NCBI GenBank assembly: GCA_013139905.1
Contig: WSZW01000008.1
Location: 1 to 33,438 of the forward strand
Source: an archaeon
Lineage (GTDB): Archaea > EX4484-52 > B79-G9
Reading direction: 5' to 3'
DNA length: 33,438 bases
Below the pieces are notes generated by a model that had not been told where the DNA came from, did not search any database, and saw nothing but the letters and a program-made list of their open reading frames with translations. The position numbers and the translations under genes are program-made. The first letter of the stretch is position 1, and each line of letters begins with the position of its first letter. Positions 12,266 to 22,412 of this stretch are shown here, in pieces.

Positions 12266-14137
12266 ATGTTTTGTGGTGATATCACAGTGACTAAATCTAT
12301 GAATCCTAAAGTATTATGCCGTTTTGCTTGTGAAAGATATGAAAATGATTGTATATATAATGCAATAGACACATCCACAATATTTGATAATAAAAACAAT
12401 GGTATTAATTGTGATAATATAATTTTAAATAAACATTATGGTATAGATATTCCAAATTCATATAAAATATTGAATGATAAAAATGAACTTGGAACGTTTC
12501 AATATATTAAAAAAATAAACATTAAAACAAATGAAGTTGATGAGGACTATAATATAATTTGTTATCAACCAACGTGGTTAAACAATTCTTTTGTTGACCA
12601 CCTTACAAAACTTCATTATATGGAATTGTGTTACATGTATCGTGGTAGTGTGATAATTCAAATTGTGAGTCAAAAAGATATACTCACAACAACAGGATTA
12701 AAAATACTTACTGCTGCTGGATTGAATGTTCCAGAAAGTAAAATGAGAAATCTTGCCGACTATTATGCTACATATATATCAGAGTCGTCCACACTTGAAG
12801 AGATGGAAATATTTTCTCGGTTCGGTTGGTCTATGGATGTGATGAAATTCACCATTGGTGATAATTCTGTGTCAGAAGATGATATACAAAAAACATATCT
12901 AACACAGGACATCGCAACAGAAACGATTGATGCGCTTTCGCCGGTTGGAAGTTCTGCGGGGTGGATGGATGTTACTAAAGGTTTATTACAACATGATAAT
13001 GTTAGATTTACATGTTATGCGGTGGTAGCGTCACTTTTGTTAAAGGTGTTGGGTGGTGCATCATTCGTTGTTGAATTGGTAGGTGATACCAGCACTGGTA
13101 AAACAATTGCTGCACAGTTGGCTATGTCGATATTTGGGAATCCACAAAAACTTAAATTAGCAACCAGTGCCACAAAGGTATTTATCGAGAGAACTTGCAC
13201 CACATGTTGTGACTTACCTATATTTTTAGATGAAACAAGTATGATGCAATCAGAGATATTGACTGAAATAAGTTATATGGTAGCTAATGAAAGGAGCCGA
13301 GGGCGTGGTAAAAAGGAAGGTGGAGTAGAAGCCGTGTCTACTTGGAAAACTGTATTACTCACAACCGGTGAAGTTCCTTTATTGAGTTCTGGTAGCTTAG
13401 GTGGTCAGGATGTAAGAACTGTTTCATTGTACGGTGGAATAGGTGTATACGATCCTGAAAATGTTGACTTGTTTAGAGAGAAAATGGAAGAAAATTGTGG
13501 AACCATTGCACCACTGCTTATTCAGAAAATATTGAAATATAAAGATGATTTGGAAGGTTTTTATATAAATATAAGAGATGATTTAAAAGAATATAGTAAA
13601 GCAGATAAAACCGGAGTAATAGGTAGAGTGGTTGATACGTATGCTTTAATTTCATTGGCAGGATTTGTATTTGAATCTGTTATAGAAGATTTAGGGTATG
13701 ATACTAAAGATGCTTTTGAATTAGTAGAAAATAAGTTCAATGATAAAATTACACAATCTGATGGTAGCCTTCCGGAAAGGGCATTTTTAATAATAACTGA
13801 TTGGATTATAGAAAATAAAAAGAATTTTTGTAATGATAAAGAAGGATATGCAGGTGATAGATATGACCTTTATGGTAATATGTCTATGGAATTTCCGGAC
13901 AACGAAGCACCATATGATTATGTGGATATTATACCTCAGCGGTTCTATGAAGTTATGGATAATAAACTTAATCACCCAGGAATTTCAAAACGAATTTTAA
14001 GAGATTGGCAGGGAAGTGGTAAAATAATTGTTGATAAAAACGGTAAAAACACCATCTTGGCAACAATTAAAAGCGGAACCAAACAGACACGAGTTATAAG
14101 GGTGAAACTTCCTTTGCCTATTGGTGGGGTAAATTAA
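12266..14137 (+). CDS. Replication protein: unknown N-terminal domain plus superfamily-3 helicase (DUF927/D5-like)
   Basis: Walker A VGDTSTGKT, Walker B LPIFLDETS, motif C VLLTTGE, and SIFGNP as in DUF927 helicases. ATG 12299 is the alternative start if the transcript is leaderless from the TTTTATTTTATTTAAA tract. Confidence 0.8.
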   Translation: MFCGDITVTKSMNPKVLCRFACERYENDCIYNAIDTSTIFDNKNNGINCDNIILNKHYGIDIPNSYKILNDKNELGTFQYIKKINIKTNEVDEDYNIICYQPTWLNNSFVDHLTKLHYMELCYMYRGSVIIQIVSQKDILTTTGLKILTAAGLNVPESKMRNLADYYATYISESSTLEEMEIFSRFGWSMDVMKFTIGDNSVSEDDIQKTYLTQDIATETIDALSPVGSSAGWMDVTKGLLQHDNVRFTCYAVVASLLLKVLGGASFVVELVGDTSTGKTIAAQLAMSIFGNPQKLKLATSATKVFIERTCTTCCDLPIFLDETSMMQSEILTEISYMVANERSRGRGKKEGGVEAVSTWKTVLLTTGEVPLLSSGSLGGQDVRTVSLYGGIGVYDPENVDLFREKMEENCGTIAPLLIQKILKYKDDLEGFYINIRDDLKEYSKADKTGVIGRVVDTYALISLAGFVFESVIEDLGYDTKDAFELVENKFNDKITQSDGSLPERAFLIITDWIIENKKNFCNDKEGYAGDRYDLYGNMSMEFPDNEAPYDYVDIIPQRFYEVMDNKLNHPGISKRILRDWQGSGKIIVDKNGKNTILATIKSGTKQTRVIRVKLPLPIGGVN

Positions 14138-14144
14138 ATGCTAC

Positions 14145-14447
14145 TAAACACCTATAAATTCAACAACAGTAGACACTATATATCCGTAAGGTGTTTAATG
14201 GTGTTTAATGGTGTTTACCATATAATCACTATCAGTACACTTAATATACTATATACTAAACACCTAAACACCTATATTAGGGGTTCACATGTGAGAAATA
14301 TACATATAAAAACAAATGGATTTAATATTCCTCTATATATAGTATGTCTAAAAAAGGTGTTTAGGTGTTTAGTAAGCCTACTGATATCGAAACCACTAAA
14401 CACCACTAAACACCTTGTGCCTTCCGTTGCTGATTCAAAGGTGTTTA
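14145..14447. repeat. Putative replication origin: 11 copies of the 8-mer GGTGTTTA/TAAACACC in alternating orientation around an A/T-rich centre
   Basis: TAAACACC at 14145, 14257, 14265, 14397, 14407. GGTGTTTA at 14190, 14200, 14210, 14356, 14364, 14440. A/T-rich 14281-14355. It lies directly downstream of the helicase gene. Confidence 0.65.
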
Positions 14448-14472
14448 ACGATTTAGACAGTATAGGGGGGAT

Positions 14473-14943
14473 GTGATTTTGTCATTAAATACGATCATAA
14501 ATAACTCATTGAACGCGAGGAAAACCACAAAACTACCTATTAATGAGCCACAATATGAATTAATAACTTTAATTCGTAATGAATTTCAAAAAGACTTTAT
14601 TAAAAAATTATATCCTAATCCTATTTGGACCAATAGAGTATACTGGAATGTCATAGGTAGAATCCAAGACGAACCTGAAGATTTCCAACTTGATAATATC
14701 ATCAAAGGTATGGATCAATATCTCGAAGACAATAACATGTGTGTAACTCAAAGAGACTTACTAAAGTTCATACGTGAATCTATAATCACACACCAAATCG
14801 AAGGCAAGACAAAGATAGAGGATGTATCTGCACATGCAACAGAGAACGGAGTTGCAGTAGACCGATTCAACGAAGCAATCAAGCACATGAAAGCAGACGG
14901 AAGTATTTTCGAACCGGATGAAGGATTTTATAGGTGTATATAG
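14473..14943 (+). CDS. Hypothetical protein (156 aa), GTG start
   Basis: GGGGGG lies before GTG 14473. No recognisable motifs. Confidence 0.55.
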   Translation: MILSLNTIINNSLNARKTTKLPINEPQYELITLIRNEFQKDFIKKLYPNPIWTNRVYWNVIGRIQDEPEDFQLDNIIKGMDQYLEDNNMCVTQRDLLKFIRESIITHQIEGKTKIEDVSAHATENGVAVDRFNEAIKHMKADGSIFEPDEGFYRCI

Positions 14944-14953
14944 GTGAATCAAT

Positions 14954-15073
14954 ATGAAACAACAAGAAACATGTCAGAATTGTGGACGACCAATAAACTC
15001 GTATAGGGTATTGATTAGGAATACTGTGTGGGGTTGCCGGGCATGCAACAAAGATATCGAATCACATGGATAG
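14954..15073 (+). CDS. 39-aa zinc-ribbon mini-protein
   Basis: TAGGTGAATCAATATG context is identical to the next gene. CQNC...CRAC. Confidence 0.5.
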   Translation: MKQQETCQNCGRPINSYRVLIRNTVWGCRACNKDIESHG

Positions 15074-15083
15074 GTGAATCAAT

Positions 15084-15320
15084 ATGATGATACTAATTCT
15101 TACATTAATAGCGATCACAGGTGCGATTACTGTCGCGCTTGGGAAACCACTTGCAGCAAATGTGTTGTGGCTGATATCTAATCCAGCCATGTCAGTATAT
15201 AATTACAACATCAACGAGTTTGAAATGGCAGGAATGTTTGGAGTATACTCGATGATTGCAGTTTATGGAGTATACAATCTAAAATTGAAATTTATTATGG
15301 AAAAAAGGAGTTCACAATGA
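15084..15320 (+). CDS. Small three-helix membrane protein (78 aa); full-length paralogue of the 11535..11714 fragment
   Basis: TAGGTGAATCAATATG context. The protein is hydrophobic throughout. Confidence 0.65.
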   Translation: MMILILTLIAITGAITVALGKPLAANVLWLISNPAMSVYNYNINEFEMAGMFGVYSMIAVYGVYNLKLKFIMEKRSSQ

Positions 15321-15487
15321 TTAAAACACTAAGCCACATGACACAATACCAACGAATCGCAGCCAAGCAGAAAGTAGTCCGACTAACCAGGATCAACGAA
15401 TATTATAAAGAAAATCACGACTCCAGCATAAACCAAGCAGTAAAATACACACCACCAGACTATCGGAGTATCATGTTCGTGGGGTAA
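15317..15487 (+). CDS. 56-aa protein
   Basis: ATGA overlap with the upstream stop. AGGAG lies 8 nt upstream. Confidence 0.45.
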   Translation: MIKTLSHMTQYQRIAAKQKVVRLTRINEYYKENHDSSINQAVKYTPPDYRSIMFVG

Positions 15488-15704
15488 GGCGTGGACGGTA
15501 TGACTTCCTGCCGGAATAGTGTCATGTATCGCATAGACAACCACCACTGCGATAATATGGGTGAAGACTGGTATAGCTGCCTATGAGTTATAATTTGCAG
15601 CAGACTGGCTTAGAATAGACAAGTAGAATATTATACTTTTTCACTAAACCGATACTACTATCACAATACATTTTAATAGTTGAAAATATTAGTAATTTCG
15701 AAGC

Positions 15705-15718
15705 GTAAAGTATATAAT
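15705..15718 (+). promoter_or_regulatory. BRE/TATA-like promoter (leaderless geometry)
   Basis: CGTAAAG-TATATAAT lies about 27 nt upstream of ATG 15741. Confidence 0.45.
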
Positions 15719-15740
15719 CATTAACAACATTAATAACAAT

Positions 15741-15884
15741 ATGGCAGTTAAATATATTCCAGATGAACTAATCGCTGAAATCGTGAATAATGGTTATGAT
15801 GTGCAGAGCTTCATTCGTGAGGCAATTGAAGAGAAGTTGGCTGGTGGATCTACTGAGATTACAAGCAACGCATCATTAGTCTAG
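15741..15884 (+). CDS. Ribbon-helix-helix (CopG-like) mini-protein, 47 aa
   Basis: MAVKYIPDELIAEIVNNGYDVQSFIREAIEEKL shows a beta-strand/helix/helix pattern. Confidence 0.5.
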   Translation: MAVKYIPDELIAEIVNNGYDVQSFIREAIEEKLAGGSTEITSNASLV

Positions 15885-15903
15885 CAATTGAGATGTTTGA
15901 GGA

Positions 15904-16116
15904 ATGAACATGACTGAATATCTAGTATTCCCACTACCGCCTGGATTTGTAAAAGTCGAAGCATCAAATGTAAACGCGGCAAGAAACAAGTATCGCAGAG
16001 CTATGCCAGAAATGAACGAAGATGAACTTATCATTGTTCCTTCATTGTTCGCACAAAAAACATTTATTGATATCATATTGCCGTTGTGGAAATGTAATAT
16101 TGGGGCGATTGAATGA
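15904..16116 (+). CDS. Hypothetical protein (70 aa)
   Basis: GAGGA lies before the ATG. No motifs. Confidence 0.5.
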   Translation: MNMTEYLVFPLPPGFVKVEASNVNAARNKYRRAMPEMNEDELIIVPSLFAQKTFIDIILPLWKCNIGAIE

Positions 16117-16188
16117 CCACCGGCGAAGACATCAGATGGACTAGCACTGAAACTGGTGAATTACAAAATTGATGGAGATGTTTAAATT

Positions 16189-16866
16189 ATGGATATTATA
16201 GGATTCTTAAAGGGGCTGGTAAGCAGCAACGATAAAAAGCAGTTTGTATTCAGCAATATATATAACCAAATGTATATAATAATGTCAAGAAGATATAAGA
16301 CCATGGGGTCTGAGAACGCAATATATAATCTGGATAAATATTTCTACCTTGTAGATCAGGCAATCAATGAATATGATTACTCTGACATTCGTGAGGCTGA
16401 TATTGTGCTGGATATCGGCGCATGTGTGGGTGGATTCTCGCTAGAAGTTAATTCAAAAGTAACACATGTTTATGCTGTTGAGCCAATGTTTTGTGATCTG
16501 CTGTATGCAAATATCAAATTGAATAAGGCCAGCAATGTTACTGTTTTTGAGTGTGCACTAGGTGAATCGAATACCACGCAGCATATCAGTTTTGTTGATA
16601 AGACTAGTGATGTGGCAGGTAAGTCTTTGTCTGAGATAATATTGATGTGTGGCGGCCACGTAGATGTACTGAAAACCGATTGTGAGGGTGGTGAGTGGCA
16701 TATAAAACCACACGAACTCGAAGGTATTCGTAGAATTGAAGCGGAAATACATTCGTTTAACGGCGAACACCTGGACGATTTTAAGACGATGCTACAGGAA
16801 ACGGGGTATAATGTATATGTTAAGAATAGAAGTAAGACTACAATGTTACTGAGTGCAAGGAAATAA
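16189..16866 (+). CDS. FkbM-family SAM-dependent methyltransferase
   Basis: SAM motif I VLDIGACVGGFSLE, then VYAVEP, NIKLN...NVTVFECALG, and VDVLKTDCEGGEW, the FkbM-type DxEGxE motif. Confidence 0.75.
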   Translation: MDIIGFLKGLVSSNDKKQFVFSNIYNQMYIIMSRRYKTMGSENAIYNLDKYFYLVDQAINEYDYSDIREADIVLDIGACVGGFSLEVNSKVTHVYAVEPMFCDLLYANIKLNKASNVTVFECALGESNTTQHISFVDKTSDVAGKSLSEIILMCGGHVDVLKTDCEGGEWHIKPHELEGIRRIEAEIHSFNGEHLDDFKTMLQETGYNVYVKNRSKTTMLLSARK

Positions 16867-16867
16867 A

Positions 16868-17191
16868 ATGAAACAATATAAAATAGATAATGGGCGGTGT
16901 GGTGGTTTTATACAAATGGTTGTGCAAAGCATGTTCATTATTTCTTTTTTTACATTTGTTAACACATCTTTGATGGCATACCAATCTATATTTTATAAAT
17001 ATGTTTCATTTTATTTATATGTAATTTTAATATTTGGGTTTATTGTGTTTTGGGTATATGTATATTATTCTGTACTATACCCATCAATTATAATTTTCAT
17101 AAATCGACAAGCATATGAACATAAAAATCTAATAAAGGCCGACATATTGCTTTTACGTGAACAGCTTGATAGAATTGAAAGTAAATTATAA
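16868..17191 (+). CDS. Membrane protein (107 aa) with C-terminal coiled-coil tail
   Basis: ATG 16868 lies just after the methyltransferase stop. Three hydrophobic helices are present. Confidence 0.6.
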   Translation: MKQYKIDNGRCGGFIQMVVQSMFIISFFTFVNTSLMAYQSIFYKYVSFYLYVILIFGFIVFWVYVYYSVLYPSIIIFINRQAYEHKNLIKADILLLREQLDRIESKL

Positions 17192-17203
17192 TTCACAAAT
17201 AAA

Positions 17204-17359
17204 ATGAAATATAATAAAATCGTGTTATTTATATTGCTATTCATAATTACTGCACCAATCCACGAAGGGTTTCATGTGCTTGTTGCAAACCATATTTATC
17301 ACGCAAATACTGTTAGGCCATTCACTAACAGTCAACGAATTATTTATGTTTTGAGGTAA
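17204..17359 (+). CDS. 51-aa membrane mini-protein carrying an HExxH motif
   Basis: ORF read by eye: MKYNKIVLFILLFIITAPIHEGFHVLVANHIYH.... HEGFH follows directly after a TM helix. Confidence 0.35.
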   Translation: MKYNKIVLFILLFIITAPIHEGFHVLVANHIYHANTVRPFTNSQRIIYVLR

Positions 17360-17483
17360 ATTCAAACCGAACTTGAATTAGTACGAGTTCACTGTATTGA
17401 GTTAAAAAAAGTTATAATGTTTCAAATTGAAGATTATAAAACCCACCAATAATAATTTATATTGTAAACCCAAATATACCACA

Positions 17484-20400
17484 ATGAAAATTAAAACAAA
17501 TGTGTTTTTATTTTTAGTGGTATGTGTTTTATTTTTACCAATCACATCCGCTGAAAATCCATATCTTAATCCAATGGTAACTACCCATGAACTTGTAGCG
17601 GAAAAGACATTCAACGGATTTACAACATCTTGGTATTATAGCCCTGGGCTAACCAACCAAGAATACATAATTGCTATCCAGAACTTGGAGGATGTGAACC
17701 GTGAAACGGATATAAGCTCACTCTTTTCAGAAACAAACTTTGGAATTGACGACCTTTCTAACATACACTTCTCAGAATATAAGAATGTTTCATACACTTA
17801 CCTCGTAAACCATTACTACGAAGTGGAGCATTCTGAATGGAACGAGGCTAATCAAACCTGGAATAATTGGACTGAGCAGGTTTATTCCCACAACACAACC
17901 GAGACTGCCGTAAAGCCAGATTGGAAAGCCTGTAAAATGAACACGTTTTCTCAGGGTGCAAATGACCGGAAAGAAGATTACGGTGATATGCTAATCCCTA
18001 AATTTACTTCAAAAGATAAAGGTGACGGAACCATTGACGGCACAAAGATATTCCGGCTTACTTTTGATACCCCGATAATCAACAGTGGTGCGGGTTACGG
18101 TAGCAGTGGTCGTGTGGCATTAACATTGGATAACATCGAGCACTGCCCCTATTGGAACACATCATTTTCAAGTAGAATTCCAATTACAATTACAACAAAC
18201 GGCACGTCTACTCCATCAAATAATCAAGTCCGACTTAACATTTCTTATGAATCAGAAATGCAGGCAGACTTTGATGATATAAGATTCACAAATTCATCCG
18301 ATGGTGAAATAGCATACTGGATTGAATCAAAAGCCAATTTATCTTATGCTAATGTTTGGGTCAATTTATCTGATGTAATTACCGACCCCGGGAGTGATAC
18401 AATATGGATGTATTATGGCAATCCTGAATTAAGTGATGGCAGTGATGAAGGCAATACATTTATAGAAAGTTTTACAGGTAGTTCCACAGGATGGACTGAG
18501 GTTGATGATGGATCAGACATAGCGTTTGCAAATGACAGGCTAGAATTTACGAATCTACCTAGAAATGTTGACGGGTATGTATATAAATCATTTGCAAGAG
18601 CAAGTGATAATTTAACACTTGAATATGCATGGAATATTACTTCAAATAATGCTGGGCAAATTATATTTTTACCATCAATATCAAATAGTGTAGATGATTT
18701 ACGAAACCAACAAAATCATTATAGTACAGGACGCATTGTTAATGCTAATATAGCTTCCACTATAGAAATATCAGATTCGGGTTATGTAGGGAATAGTGTT
18801 GCTTTTACACCAAATACTACATATTATAATGTAGTGACACGAGTCGGTAATACAATTACCACAAAAATATACACTGATGCTGCAAAGACAAACTTATTGG
18901 ACACAAGCACAATAACTCAAGCAACAATTCCATCATTATCATATTTATTTCTGATGTCATCTTATAATTCTGGTGATCCCAATCTTATATCAGGATGGAT
19001 TGATAATATGATTGTTAGGGAGTATATTGCTGATGAACCAACATTAACATATGGATCATCACAGTATTACACCGATTCTCTCCACTATAACACAACTTCT
19101 CCATACAACCACACAATCGAATCAGATGGTACAATAACAGCAAACCGTAGTATAATTTCTGCAGATGATACTAATGATACGGCGTTAAGCACAGGTACTT
19201 CATACCTCATAATCAATGTTTTTGATAATGAAGCAAACATAGTTCGCAACTTCACATTTACTGGTGACAACTTAGATTGGTATCAAGCTGCTAATTTATC
19301 AGGAAGTTACGACTTAAAGAATAGTACAGGAATAATTGAGACACAAACAAACGGTAATTTCACCACGAATTTAACCGCTGGAACATATTGGATTGAAAAA
19401 ACAGGCATTTCAATTTCATTGGTATCATTCACACCATCACCACTTTACACAAATTATAGTGGTGAATCAACAATAAGTTATATAGTTGAATCGTACTACC
19501 CGTTAAATCTTTCAAGTCTTGCATTTTTACATGGTGTAAATTATACCATTACAGGTGACATGCATAACTATATTAGTGTTCCATATAATGATATATCAGA
19601 TGGTTATTATAAAGCACCTGATCGGAATGTAACCCCATATTTATCATGGGAATTCAACGATACTATTTCTGGTGGGAATGTGTGGCAATGGGGTGGAGGA
19701 GATAACAATTCATCGTGGATTACAAATACTCCAATTAATGCTACTCATACATGGATTAATATCACAAGGATGGTACCACAATCGCTTTCAAATGCATATT
19801 TCATTGACGATGAAGCTTTATATAATGCACCAATGACCGGTTTTGAAATTAATAGACAACAAGGATTGATTTTAAAAGGATGGGATCTTGAGCAGATTAG
19901 AAACCGAAATAATAATTATTTCGTAAGTTTATTTTTTGATACTTCCTTTGAAAGTTCAATGCCAGCTTATCCCGTTGAAATTGGGTATTGTAACGATAGT
20001 TATGATCCTGCTGTGGATGATATAGACACTTGCACAGACTGTATAAAATTTGGTGAATGGAATGGAACTCGCTGGGTTAACCATTCGTGGGATCCAAGTG
20101 TTAATGCGTCTTATGCTTCTCCACTTGTAATAAACGCTTCACATTTTACAGACCCCTCACCAGACGACATAGCTTATATCTGGCTGCGATCTTATGCACA
20201 TTCAAGTAAATCATTTGTACTTAATGCAACGGATTATGATCCTGGATTAACTAATATCACGTTTGCTGATACACAAAGTATGTGGACATACAATGAACTC
20301 AATGGCGTTACCACTCCAGTGGCATACACGCCATCGTATTTTGCAATGTTCACAAGGGACTATGAAGAATTCCTCCATCATCTTTACATTGCTGATAATC

Positions 20401-22403
20401 AAGGGCTGTGGGGTCATTCAGAAATATTTAATGAGTCCATTGGTATTTCTTCTGTTCCTGTTTCGGCTGTAAGTTTTGAACATTTTAATGTTACATGTAA
20501 TGAAGATTACATTGAAGATACATTGATGGATGCAACATATGATGATGGTTCTATTTTGGTTAATATCTTCTGCCCCGCTGATCCAGATGGTGGCACAGTC
20601 TCACACAATTTGACATTGCATTATGCGTTAAATCAATCACTCGTTGCTGTGATTAATGACACCTTTACAACTACAGGCAACGAGTATGTTGACATAAACT
20701 TTACAACAACACCACATTATTCAACAAGTGACTTTTATACCCTTAGATGTGTAAGCACTGATGATGAAAATGATGTTGCCACTAAGTGGCTTATATCAGA
20801 CTTTACACTAGATGCAGATGGCAACCAGGGATGGGTAGTAGATGATGCTTTGTTGTTCTGGGGAATGAACGATATCCCAACACTCTATGCAACTGTAGCA
20901 AACGATTCATTGATTTCGTACAATGCAGACAATGATATTTACACAATGCATATTCCTTTTTTCAAGTCAAAATCAAACGACACGTTTTATTTCAATGAGA
21001 CTGTCCATCTTGAATCGTTGAACAATGAAAATGTTTCATATTTTAGACACAGCGGTGAAACAATATTTGACTATGCAACAATCAACGCATGGAATACCAC
21101 CACAGACACAGCCGCACTAATTACCGATGAATACCGTGGATATGTATATTCACATTTTCATGTATGTGGAAATATAACAAACAGTGATATTTCATACTTA
21201 GGTAGTGATTTATATCGAAACGAAGGATTAAACTTTATTGACAATCCTCATGATTATTTAATATTTAACACCACCCTTTCACACAATGCAGAAGGTCTAA
21301 TCATGGAATATTGTTCGAACATGAATATTTCACAATGCACAATAATTGATAATGTGAATGTTGGTCTTGGAATTTATTTCAGCAACGACACCATAGTTTC
21401 CAACAATGTTATAGATTCAAATGGTGGCCGTGGAATCACCATGTATGAAGCAAACAAAAATATAATCAGTTACAACGATATCATAAACAGTGGGATACAT
21501 GGAGTACATTACTGGTCAAATTCACAGAACAATTCCTGTACAGGAAATGACATATCTGAAAGTGCATTGTATGATTATTATCTGTCTTCATCAAGCCTTG
21601 GTAACTACATCATTGACCCGGCATCTGCCACGGATCGAATAAGAGTCACAAGTACATCAAGTGTCAATATAGAGAACACAGACAATGCGGCATTTTCAGA
21701 AGACAGCTTAAATACTTCATATGCATATCTTACTAATTTTTCGATGTATGTATCTGGGGCGTCCCAGACATTTGACATAACCCAATATGATATGACTATT
21801 GTACCAAGCAATGATAATCTTTCAATACAGAATTTTGAATGGGGCAACACAATACAATTCAATGCAGAATCGAGCATTGGAGTGAATCAAACTTGGTTTA
21901 ATATTACTAGTGTACGATGGAAAAATGAACATATTTCAATCTTCGTGGATGAATTACCATACAATGTATCTTATGCAGATGATAACGGAACACTGACATA
22001 TAATTATTCGGTTAGTATTGGAGATAACTTTTTTGAGTTTGTACTTACAATACCACCATCACCGGTTCCAGTAAGTTTATATATATTCATGGGTGTGTTG
22101 CTGTTTGTATTCTGTGGGGCATCATTTATACTGGCAGGGATTCCAAGCATATTCACATCAATATTAAGCATAATGTTTTCGTTTATTATGTCTAAGATCG
22201 CAGTCAATGGATCATTAGTTCAAAACATTGGTGGTATTAGCAGCACTGGTACAGTTATCCAGGGCGTAACCAGAATTGAAATTCCAGCACTATCTTACAT
22301 TTTGATATTTGTTGGAATATTTATGACAGTTATCTTGGTTATTCAAGTACTGCGTGAAATTAAATTTAGAGAATCCCAAGATATAATTGAACTGGATTTG
22401 TGA
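17484..22403 (+). CDS. Giant (about 1640 aa) secreted N-glycoprotein: DUF2341/LamG-like region, right-handed beta-helix (PbH1) repeats, C-terminal 3-helix membrane anchor; likely adhesin or receptor-binding spike
   Basis: Signal peptide MKIKTNVFLFLVVCVLFLPITSA. DUF2341-like DFDDIRFTNSSDGEIAYWIE..ANVWVNL..IWMYYGN. PbH1-like NNVIDSNGGRGITMYEANKNIISYNDIINSGIHGVHY. Very many N-x-S/T sequons. The track TTG start 17427 is less likely. Confidence 0.85.
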   Translation: MKIKTNVFLFLVVCVLFLPITSAENPYLNPMVTTHELVAEKTFNGFTTSWYYSPGLTNQEYIIAIQNLEDVNRETDISSLFSETNFGIDDLSNIHFSEYKNVSYTYLVNHYYEVEHSEWNEANQTWNNWTEQVYSHNTTETAVKPDWKACKMNTFSQGANDRKEDYGDMLIPKFTSKDKGDGTIDGTKIFRLTFDTPIINSGAGYGSSGRVALTLDNIEHCPYWNTSFSSRIPITITTNGTSTPSNNQVRLNISYESEMQADFDDIRFTNSSDGEIAYWIESKANLSYANVWVNLSDVITDPGSDTIWMYYGNPELSDGSDEGNTFIESFTGSSTGWTEVDDGSDIAFANDRLEFTNLPRNVDGYVYKSFARASDNLTLEYAWNITSNNAGQIIFLPSISNSVDDLRNQQNHYSTGRIVNANIASTIEISDSGYVGNSVAFTPNTTYYNVVTRVGNTITTKIYTDAAKTNLLDTSTITQATIPSLSYLFLMSSYNSGDPNLISGWIDNMIVREYIADEPTLTYGSSQYYTDSLHYNTTSPYNHTIESDGTITANRSIISADDTNDTALSTGTSYLIINVFDNEANIVRNFTFTGDNLDWYQAANLSGSYDLKNSTGIIETQTNGNFTTNLTAGTYWIEKTGISISLVSFTPSPLYTNYSGESTISYIVESYYPLNLSSLAFLHGVNYTITGDMHNYISVPYNDISDGYYKAPDRNVTPYLSWEFNDTISGGNVWQWGGGDNNSSWITNTPINATHTWINITRMVPQSLSNAYFIDDEALYNAPMTGFEINRQQGLILKGWDLEQIRNRNNNYFVSLFFDTSFESSMPAYPVEIGYCNDSYDPAVDDIDTCTDCIKFGEWNGTRWVNHSWDPSVNASYASPLVINASHFTDPSPDDIAYIWLRSYAHSSKSFVLNATDYDPGLTNITFADTQSMWTYNELNGVTTPVAYTPSYFAMFTRDYEEFLHHLYIADNQGLWGHSEIFNESIGISSVPVSAVSFEHFNVTCNEDYIEDTLMDATYDDGSILVNIFCPADPDGGTVSHNLTLHYALNQSLVAVINDTFTTTGNEYVDINFTTTPHYSTSDFYTLRCVSTDDENDVATKWLISDFTLDADGNQGWVVDDALLFWGMNDIPTLYATVANDSLISYNADNDIYTMHIPFFKSKSNDTFYFNETVHLESLNNENVSYFRHSGETIFDYATINAWNTTTDTAALITDEYRGYVYSHFHVCGNITNSDISYLGSDLYRNEGLNFIDNPHDYLIFNTTLSHNAEGLIMEYCSNMNISQCTIIDNVNVGLGIYFSNDTIVSNNVIDSNGGRGITMYEANKNIISYNDIINSGIHGVHYWSNSQNNSCTGNDISESALYDYYLSSSSLGNYIIDPASATDRIRVTSTSSVNIENTDNAAFSEDSLNTSYAYLTNFSMYVSGASQTFDITQYDMTIVPSNDNLSIQNFEWGNTIQFNAESSIGVNQTWFNITSVRWKNEHISIFVDELPYNVSYADDNGTLTYNYSVSIGDNFFEFVLTIPPSPVPVSLYIFMGVLLFVFCGASFILAGIPSIFTSILSIMFSFIMSKIAVNGSLVQNIGGISSTGTVIQGVTRIEIPALSYILIFVGIFMTVILVIQVLREIKFRESQDIIELDL

Positions 22404-22412
22404 GGATTAAAA

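Noticed and set aside
14138-14476. 112-aa ORF on the + strand
   Set aside because: It is composed almost entirely of the GGTGTTTA/TAAACACC iterons and an A/T-rich spacer, has no RBS and has odd composition. I interpret it as origin DNA.
19085-22207. Embedded ORFs within the giant glycoprotein gene (19085..19270, 21605..21877 and 22004..22207 on the - strand; 20263..20472 on the + strand, alternate frame)
   Set aside because: They lie within a continuous 4.9-kb ORF that has recognisable domains, so they are probably chance ORFs in AT-rich DNA.
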